From Candidatus Fraserbacteria bacterium (GTDB lineage: Bacteria; Bipolaricaulota; Bipolaricaulia; RBG-16-55-9), in NCBI GenBank assembly GCA_037443265.1, contig JBBIOR010000007.1, positions 57,845 to 70,350 of the forward strand: a stretch of 12,506 nucleotides of DNA. The letters run 5' to 3'. A model generated the notes under the pieces. That model was not told the DNA's origin. It saw nothing but the letters and a program-made list of their open reading frames with translations, and ran no database searches. This document shows, piece by piece, positions 7,490 to 12,506 of the stretch. Each line of letters opens with the position of its first letter. Position 1 is the stretch's first letter. The translations under genes were made by a program, and so were the position numbers.

Positions 7490-8121
7490 GGCTGCTCTTT
7501 CGCCACTCGCTCGAGTGTCTGCTGAAAGGCTTGCGTCCCCACCGAGAAAGTTCCTCGAAAGGCAATGACCCCACGGCGATCGAGAAGATACTCCGTCCCC
7601 AGGGCATAGACTTGGTACCGCTTGGCGATCTCATTGGTCGGGGTGTCGAGGGCGTACATGAAGCTGGGCCGGGCGTAGCGCCGGCGGTGCTCGCGCAGGC
7701 TCTGCGGTGAATCACCCGCCGGATCGACGCTGATCCAGAGAATGTTGAGATTGGGATAGCGGTCTTTGAGTCGAGCCAGCTCCTGAGTCTCTGGGATGCA
7801 GGGAGTGCACCAGGAGGCGGAGAAGTAGAGGATCACCGGCTGGCCTTGAAAGTCGCTCAGCGCAAAGCTTTGGCCGTCGATGTCTGTGAGCGCAAAATCC
7901 GGCGCCCGCTCGCCCACTCGCGTCCCCAGGGGAGTCGTATCGTTTAGGGATTGAGCCTGCCCTTGGGATGCAGAGGGCTCGTTGGGCGTGAGTCTCCCGA
8001 TCCAACTCGCACACGAGGGACAGACCGCCGGAAGCGCGAAGAAGGCCAACACGAACAGCCCTAAAAGCCCGACCCCGCCGATCAAGAGAATCTTCAGATT
8101 CTTCGTAGTTTGCTTCTTCAT
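7486..8121 (-). CDS. Membrane-anchored TlpA/ResA-like thiol:disulfide oxidoreductase
   Basis: GERAPDFALTDIDG...LSDFQGQPVILYFSASWCTPC...ISVD. Basic N-terminus followed by a TM anchor. Confidence 0.9.
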   Translation of the reverse strand: MKKQTTKNLKILLIGGVGLLGLFVLAFFALPAVCPSCASWIGRLTPNEPSASQGQAQSLNDTTPLGTRVGERAPDFALTDIDGQSFALSDFQGQPVILYFSASWCTPCIPETQELARLKDRYPNLNILWISVDPAGDSPQSLREHRRRYARPSFMYALDTPTNEIAKRYQVYALGTEYLLDRRGVIAFRGTFSVGTQAFQQTLERVAKEQP

Positions 8122-8136
8122 AGACCCCCCCCTTTT

Positions 8137-9528
8137 TCAGACGACACAACAGCTCATAGTCTTGAGATTGCGCTCAAAGCTCTGAGCACAGATCTTCCAG
8201 GCCTCGGCGTAGGTGGGAAAGACGTGGACCGTCTCGATCAGCTCGTCGATCGTAAGGCCCGCCCGCAGGGCCAGCAGGGGCACGTGGATGATCTCGGCGG
8301 CATTGGCGGCCACCGCATGGGCGCCTAAGATTCTGCGGGTTTTCGGATGAACGACGAGCTTTACAAGTCCGCGGGTGTCTCCCGCGGCGTGGGCTTTAGG
8401 GACTGCCTCGAGAGGGAGCGTGCGACACCAGCACTCCCCCAGCTCTTGCATCTCGCGTTCTTCTGTCCAGCCCACGGAAGCCACCTGCGGGTCCGTGAAG
8501 ACGGCGTGCGGGACGAGATCATAATTGATCGTTCGCGCTTCGCCCGTAAGCGCGTTGTGCGCCGCGTTGAAGCCCTGCTTGGCCGCTATGGTCTCCAGGG
8601 GCATTCTGCCCGTGACATCCCCTGCAGCGTAGATGCCCTTTACATTCGTCTCTTGGCGCTCGTCCGTGATAATGAAGCCCCGCGGATCGAGCTTGACTCC
8701 GGTATTTGCTAGCCCGAGATGGTCGGAGTTGGGCCGGATGCCGGTGGCGGCTAAGACCCTTTCGACTTCCACCACGCAGCCTCCGGAGTCATAGAGCTTG
8801 ATTTTCCCCGGCTGGCCTTCGACTTTCGTGAGGCGACAACCAGCCTTAATAGTCATGCCTTCACTCTGAAGAATTTCTGTCAGGGCTTGAGAGATCTCCG
8901 GCTCATGCTGAGGCAGGATGCGGCCCATCAACTCCACGGTAGAGACATCCGTTCCTGCCCGATGGAAGATCTGGGCGAACTCTAAGCCCAAGGGACCGCC
9001 GCCGATGACGGCCATGGAGCGCGGTAACTCTTCCAACTCAAGGGCCGTCACGTTCGTCAAAGGCTCAGCTTCGTTTAGGCCGGGGACCGGCGGGATGAGA
9101 GTCCTAGCCCCCGTAGCGATGATGATCCGCTCCGCTGAGAAGCGCTCGCCGTTGACTTCCACGGCGTGGGGGGCAACGAAGTGGGCACGACCCTCGATCA
9201 GAGTGACGTTCCCCAGGGCTTTGAGCACATCGCGGTAATTGCGCTTGCGCAGAGTCGAGACGAGCGCGTCTTTGCCCTTTTTGAGTTTTGCGTAATCGAG
9301 CGTAGCGTTTGAAGAGAGCCAGCCGTCTCGGCCCGCGCGGGCGTGTGCATATTCTTTAAGAGCTTCCATGAGAAATTTGCTGGGGATGCAGCCCACATTC
9401 ACGCACGTCCCTCCCAGGGGTAAGCCGTGGTTGATCATGAGCACTTCGGCTCCGAGGTCTCTGGCGCGCGTGGCCGCTGCGAAGGCCGCCGCTCCTCCGC
9501 CAATCACGATGAGATCATAACGATTCAT
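8137..9528 (-). CDS. merA: Mercuric reductase MerA, catalytic core only (no NmerA domain)
   Basis: FAD motif IGGGAAAFAAA, redox centre GGTCVNVGCIPSK, conserved Tyr in LRKRNY, HVFPT, and the C-terminal vicinal pair MSCCVV. Confidence 0.9.
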   Translation of the reverse strand: MNRYDLIVIGGGAAAFAAATRARDLGAEVLMINHGLPLGGTCVNVGCIPSKFLMEALKEYAHARAGRDGWLSSNATLDYAKLKKGKDALVSTLRKRNYRDVLKALGNVTLIEGRAHFVAPHAVEVNGERFSAERIIIATGARTLIPPVPGLNEAEPLTNVTALELEELPRSMAVIGGGPLGLEFAQIFHRAGTDVSTVELMGRILPQHEPEISQALTEILQSEGMTIKAGCRLTKVEGQPGKIKLYDSGGCVVEVERVLAATGIRPNSDHLGLANTGVKLDPRGFIITDERQETNVKGIYAAGDVTGRMPLETIAAKQGFNAAHNALTGEARTINYDLVPHAVFTDPQVASVGWTEEREMQELGECWCRTLPLEAVPKAHAAGDTRGLVKLVVHPKTRRILGAHAVAANAAEIIHVPLLALRAGLTIDELIETVHVFPTYAEAWKICAQSFERNLKTMSCCVV

Positions 9529-9899
9529 ACAAGCACAGCCTCCTTCTCTAAGCGCAAATAGCGCTGGACGACGGGCTCATTGAGCGAATAGAAGATCGTC
9601 TTGGCATCGCGGCGGGCCCGGACAAGATTATATTTTCTCAGCACGCGGAGTTGATGGGAGACGGCCGAGACGGACTCGTCTAAAATATCGGCCAGATCAC
9701 AGACGCACAGCTCCGATTCCCGATGGAGCAGATATAAGATCTTTAAGCGTAAGGGGCCGCTGAGCGCATGTAAGATCCCGCGCAGCCGCTGCAATTCCTC
9801 GTTCTCCACCAGCTCTTGGCGCAGGCGTAAGATGCGCTCCGGCGTGATGGTGGGACCTAGACACTTGAAGCCTAGATGCTGCACAGTTCGTTGAAGCAT
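9525..9899 (-). CDS. ArsR/SmtB family metalloregulator, CadC-like
   Basis: ALSGPLRLKILYLL...ELCVCDLA...SAVSHQLRVL...RRDAKTIFYSL. ATG 9899 has AAGGA 8 nt upstream. ATGA overlap with merA. Confidence 0.92.
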   Translation of the reverse strand: MLQRTVQHLGFKCLGPTITPERILRLRQELVENEELQRLRGILHALSGPLRLKILYLLHRESELCVCDLADILDESVSAVSHQLRVLRKYNLVRARRDAKTIFYSLNEPVVQRYLRLEKEAVLV

Positions 9900-9910
9900 G
9901 AGCACCGTCC

Positions 9911-9936
9911 TTCATTTGAAAAAATATTCAAATGAA
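9911..9936. promoter_or_regulatory. ArsR/SmtB-type operator (12-2-12 inverted repeat)
   Basis: TTCATTTGAAAA-AA-TATTCAAATGAA, 11/12 symmetric with a perfect outer 10 bp. Lies between the -10 and the RBS of arsR. Confidence 0.85.
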
Positions 9937-9965
9937 ACTCTAGCACACCCTGCGCCCAAAGTCAA
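9937..9965 (-). promoter_or_regulatory. sigma70 promoter of the arsR-merA operon
   Basis: TTGACT (9965-9960), 17 nt, TAGAGT (9942-9937), with an extended -10 TG. Confidence 0.75.
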
Positions 9966-9982
9966 GGGGGCCACGGCATCCG

Positions 9983-10011
9983 TTGACAGATGCCTTTCAA
10001 GGGTCTACAAT
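9983..10011 (+). promoter_or_regulatory. sigma70 promoter of lgt
   Basis: TTGACA (9983-9988), 17 nt, TACAAT (10006-10011), then AAGGAGG and ATG 10034. Confidence 0.8.
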
Positions 10012-10033
10012 TCAAGTCTCAAAGGAGGAGAGT

Positions 10034-10882
10034 ATGAGTCCGGTCATCTTCGAGATCGGGCCGGTCTCCGTGCGCTGGTACGGCCTGATGTATGTGGTGG
10101 CCATCATTGTGGGCATCTTTCTTACCCAGCGCGAGGTGAGGCGTCGAGGACTGCCGCTCAATCTCGATGACATTTTAGATTTCGTGCTCATTACGATCCC
10201 TCTGGCCATCGTCTTTGCCCGGCTCTACTATGTGGCCTTCCGCTGGGACTACTATGGCCAAAATTTAGCAGACATTTACAAGATCTGGCAGGGAGGGCTG
10301 GCCATTCATGGGGGGCTTCTCGGTGGCTTCTTGGCGCTTGGGATCTTCTCCCGCTGGAAGAAGATCTCATTCTGGAAATTTGCGGATATCATCGCCCCGG
10401 CCGTCATCTTAGGCCAAGCCCTGGGTAGATTTGGGAATTTTATGAATGGCGATGCCTACGGCACGCCCACGGATCTGCCCTGGGGAATCGTCTTCCCAAG
10501 AAGTTCTCCCGCCGGAGCTGCGTATCCTGAGTTACACATCCATCCCTCGATGCTCTATGAGATGAGCGGGGATCTGCTCATCTTTGGCCTGCTCTTTTGG
10601 CTGAGAACGAAGCCGTTCAAAGAGGGCTTTCTCGTCTCGCTGTATGCTATTCTTTATTCCTTGTTGCGCTTCTTCGTGGAGTTCACCCGCGGAGATGCGC
10701 TCTGTCTAGTGGGCGGGAGCGCCTGTGTTCTGGGAGCTTCGAATCTCTTGGAATCGCTGCGGGTGGCCCAAGTCATGAGCGTGCTGCTCTTTACCGTCTT
10801 TCTAGGGCTGATGCTTAAAAGAAAGCTCTATCAGCAGGAGACTGCTCCCCCGAAGCCGGAGCCGGCGGGCTTGCCTTCTTAA
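10034..10882 (+). CDS. lgt: Prolipoprotein diacylglyceryl transferase
   Basis: VRWYGLMY, IWQGGLAIHGG, GQALGRFGNFMNGDAYG, HPSMLYE and LRFFVEFTR. Start reassigned to ATG 10034 because the track's TTG 9983 is the -35 box. Confidence 0.95.
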   Translation: MSPVIFEIGPVSVRWYGLMYVVAIIVGIFLTQREVRRRGLPLNLDDILDFVLITIPLAIVFARLYYVAFRWDYYGQNLADIYKIWQGGLAIHGGLLGGFLALGIFSRWKKISFWKFADIIAPAVILGQALGRFGNFMNGDAYGTPTDLPWGIVFPRSSPAGAAYPELHIHPSMLYEMSGDLLIFGLLFWLRTKPFKEGFLVSLYAILYSLLRFFVEFTRGDALCLVGGSACVLGASNLLESLRVAQVMSVLLFTVFLGLMLKRKLYQQETAPPKPEPAGLPS

Positions 10883-10883
10883 A

Positions 10884-11213
10884 TTATTTCTTCGCCAGCC
10901 GCTGCGGAGCTGCTTTGAGAAAGGCCAGAAAATCTGCAAAAGCTTCTTCAATCCTATCGAGATGGAGGGAGTAGTATTTTGTTTGTCCCTCCCGGCGTGA
11001 GGTCACAAAGCCCTGCTGCTTAAGCATGGTGAGATTGCGCGAGATGCTGCTCATGTCGCGGTCCTCGAAGGTCTCGCCCTGGACCTCACCCTGAAAGGCA
11101 GCGGCAATAGCGGTCACAGGCATCTCCCCATGCGCAGCTAAGAGCTCCATCAGCCTAAGGCGGGAGCGATGAGAGAAGCACTTGAACAAGTAAACGTAGC
11201 GACTGTAGACCAT
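10884..11213 (-). CDS. Second ArsR/SmtB family regulator
   Basis: FKCFSHRSRLRLMELL...SSISRNLTMLKQQGFVTSRREGQTKYYSL. ATG 11213 with AAGGAGAGGA upstream. Confidence 0.85.
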   Translation of the reverse strand: MVYSRYVYLFKCFSHRSRLRLMELLAAHGEMPVTAIAAAFQGEVQGETFEDRDMSSISRNLTMLKQQGFVTSRREGQTKYYSLHLDRIEEAFADFLAFLKAAPQRLAKK

Positions 11214-11241
11214 CGTCCTCTCCTTCTTAAAGTTTCGCCCC

Positions 11242-11270
11242 TTGACAAAGGAGGCCGGGGGTATTATAAT
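11242..11270 (+). promoter_or_regulatory. Perfect consensus sigma70 promoter
   Basis: TTGACA (11242-11247), 17 nt, TATAAT (11265-11270). Confidence 0.88.
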
Positions 11271-11281
11271 ACTCATCACCG

Positions 11282-11310
11282 TAGTAGCGCAAGTGCGCAA
11301 GTATACAAGT
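11282..11310. promoter_or_regulatory. Putative operator: imperfect 10-2-10 palindrome overlapping three 8-bp direct repeats
   Basis: TAGTAGCGCA-AG-TGCGCAAGTA (11282-11303, 8/10 symmetric) and GCGCAAGT-GCGCAAGT-ATACAAGT (11287-11310), just downstream of the predicted +1. Confidence 0.55.
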
Positions 11311-11509
11311 ATGGGCAGAGGACCCATGGAGTGATCACATACGCCCGACGATGAAGTAACCTCCCCAGATGCCGCTGATCCAGAGAGCCTCGGGATCTCT
11401 TATCTCAGCTCAGCTGGCCCAACGTGTCCGTACACCCTCTTCCGCTGGCAGACTATTTGGCATTCGTTGGGCTCGTTCAAGAACCCTCATAAGAAAGGAG
11501 CTGGTTCCC

Positions 11510-11824
11510 ATGGCCAGAGCAGAACTCGTGCGCAGTGGGCTGCTTGCCATCGACCCTCAGGCAGGGAGCGTGAATTATCGAGATCTTTTCGAAAAGACCC
11601 TCCAATTGCTACAGCGCGACGATGAGCGGTACCTACATATCGCAAAGAAGTTGGATGCTCTCATCCTTTCCTTGGAGGACCACCATCTCATCGAGAGCGC
11701 TCTTGTGCGCTTTAAGCTGCAGGAGATCGCCGATTACAGTCGTGTGATGGCCGGTGAGCTCCCCATTTACCGTAAGCGAGGACTCCCAGAGAAGAGGTAC
11801 GGACACGATGGCAGCACCAGCTAA
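11510..11824 (+). CDS. Hypothetical 104-aa helical protein
   Basis: AAGGAG RBS before ATG 11510 (MARAELVRSG...). Amphipathic helical composition. Confidence 0.65.
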   Translation: MARAELVRSGLLAIDPQAGSVNYRDLFEKTLQLLQRDDERYLHIAKKLDALILSLEDHHLIESALVRFKLQEIADYSRVMAGELPIYRKRGLPEKRYGHDGSTS

Positions 11825-12029
11825 GCGTGTAGGCGCTATTGTCCCCACAGAGACAGGACAAGGTCATTACATCAACTATTACGCGCTCTATCAGGAGGCG
11901 CTCGCCCGGTTGAAGAAGAGGGAAGAGCTGGTAGCTAGGCTTGAACAGCTCCTCTCAAACCTCGATCTGAAGAACTCCTCCCACGGTGAAGAGCTGCTCA
12001 GAATTCTCAAGGAGCTTCGCGGCGGCTGA
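11808..12029 (+). CDS. Hypothetical 73-aa helical/coiled-coil protein
   Basis: ATG 11808 (MAAPAKRVGA...) preceded by GAGG. Overlaps the previous gene by 17 nt. Leu heptads. Confidence 0.62.
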   Translation: MAAPAKRVGAIVPTETGQGHYINYYALYQEALARLKKREELVARLEQLLSNLDLKNSSHGEELLRILKELRGG

Positions 12030-12078
12030 TGCAGCAACAGAGCAGAGGACCATGAAGCAGAGAAGGAGATGAATCGTA

Positions 12079-12282
12079 ATGGCAAAGGTGACCAGAGTCA
12101 CCGTGTACTGGACATGCGCTTTCTGCCACAAAGCCATCCAGGAGAGCAAGGCTTTGAGGATCGTCCAAGACGGTCAGATTTATTACGTCTGCAGTTCCCG
12201 CTGTCGGGAACGCTTCCTGGCCATCGCGAGCAGATATGCTGTCCCGTCGGGGACGAACTCGAAATGCTCTGACAGGGAGTGA
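12079..12282 (+). CDS. YHS/TRASH-like metal-binding small protein
   Basis: CAFCHKAI...DGQIYYVCSSRCRERF matches the TRASH/YHS pattern CxxC-x~21-CSxxC. AAGGAG upstream. Confidence 0.78.
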   Translation: MAKVTRVTVYWTCAFCHKAIQESKALRIVQDGQIYYVCSSRCRERFLAIASRYAVPSGTNSKCSDRE

Positions 12283-12291
12283 TCTACACCG

Positions 12292-12506
12292 ATGGAGAAC
12301 AAAGTTCTGGCACTCTTAGTCATTGTTGGCCTGTTGCTGCTTGCGCTCCTCTTCTCGTGGTTTAGGCTGCCTAGGTCAGAAGCCCAGGGGGTGAAGGTCA
12401 CATTATCCGAGTGGAAGTTGGAACCCACAAGCCTAACTCTTCCGCCCGGCCCCATCCAATTCATGGTGACCAACTCCGGCCAGATGGAGCACGCTTTCGA
12501 AATCGA
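12292..12506 (+). CDS. Exported cupredoxin-domain protein (runs off the window)
   Basis: Not in the ORF track; translated by hand: MENKVLALLVIVGLLLLALLFSWFRLPRSEAQGVKVTLSEWKLEPTSLTLPPGPIQFMVTNSGQMEHAFEI. Signal/TM segment followed by the cupredoxin VxNxGxxxHxF motif. Confidence 0.75.
   Translation, partial: MENKVLALLVIVGLLLLALLFSWFRLPRSEAQGVKVTLSEWKLEPTSLTLPPGPIQFMVTNSGQMEHAFEI

Noticed and set aside
8008..8040. Lipobox in TlpA (LPAVC) as a substrate for the neighbouring Lgt
   Set aside because: Does not match [LVI][ASTVI][GAS]C.
8125..8137. G8 run forming the tlpA RBS as a phase-variation tract
   Set aside because: Short, intergenic and unremarkable in GC-rich DNA; there is no evidence of length variation.
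33..9238. Numerous plus-strand ORFs (e.g. 547-1068, 2418-2891, 2480-2971, 5883-6287, 8347-8712)
   Set aside because: Antisense shadows of well-supported minus-strand genes in GC-rich DNA, with no motifs or RBS support.
8137..9528. Dihydrolipoamide dehydrogenase as an alternative call
   Set aside because: Lacks the HPTxxE motif (has FPTYAE), has a C-terminal CC, and sits with ArsR and merB.
11287..11310. CRISPR or iteron interpretation of the 8-bp repeats
   Set aside because: Too short, no spacers, and no cas or rep genes.
12052..12081. Selenocysteine or readthrough at in-frame TGA 12070-12072 upstream of the YHS gene
   Set aside because: Not a Cys-equivalent context, no evident SECIS hairpin, and ATG 12079 has its own RBS.
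1..12506. Mobile element, tRNA or rRNA
   Set aside because: No transposase, integrase, terminal repeats or structural RNA signatures seen, so mobility cannot be judged from this window.

Overview
GC-rich bacterial accessory region devoted to thiol and heavy-metal biology. The core is a run of 13 tightly packed minus-strand genes (9899 to <1) starting at a clear sigma70 promoter with an overlapping 12-2-12 ArsR/CadC-type operator. Gene order: ArsR/CadC-like repressor, merA (no N-terminal HMA domain), TlpA-like redoxin, CcdA, Met/His-rich membrane protein, beta-propeller protein, Tat-exported protein, merB-like lyase, two tandem Cys-rich Crp/Fnr regulators, small coiled-coil protein, SDH (ClpP-fold) serine protease, TauE/SafE transporter (truncated by the window edge). 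No merR, merT or merP is visible. Vicinal Cys-Cys pairs occur in 7 of the 13 products, six of them consecutive. A divergent lgt converges on a second ArsR gene. That ArsR gene is divergent from a consensus promoter followed by two small helical proteins, a YHS/TRASH-like protein and a cupredoxin-domain protein (truncated). All family calls come from motif recognition by eye; no database search was run.
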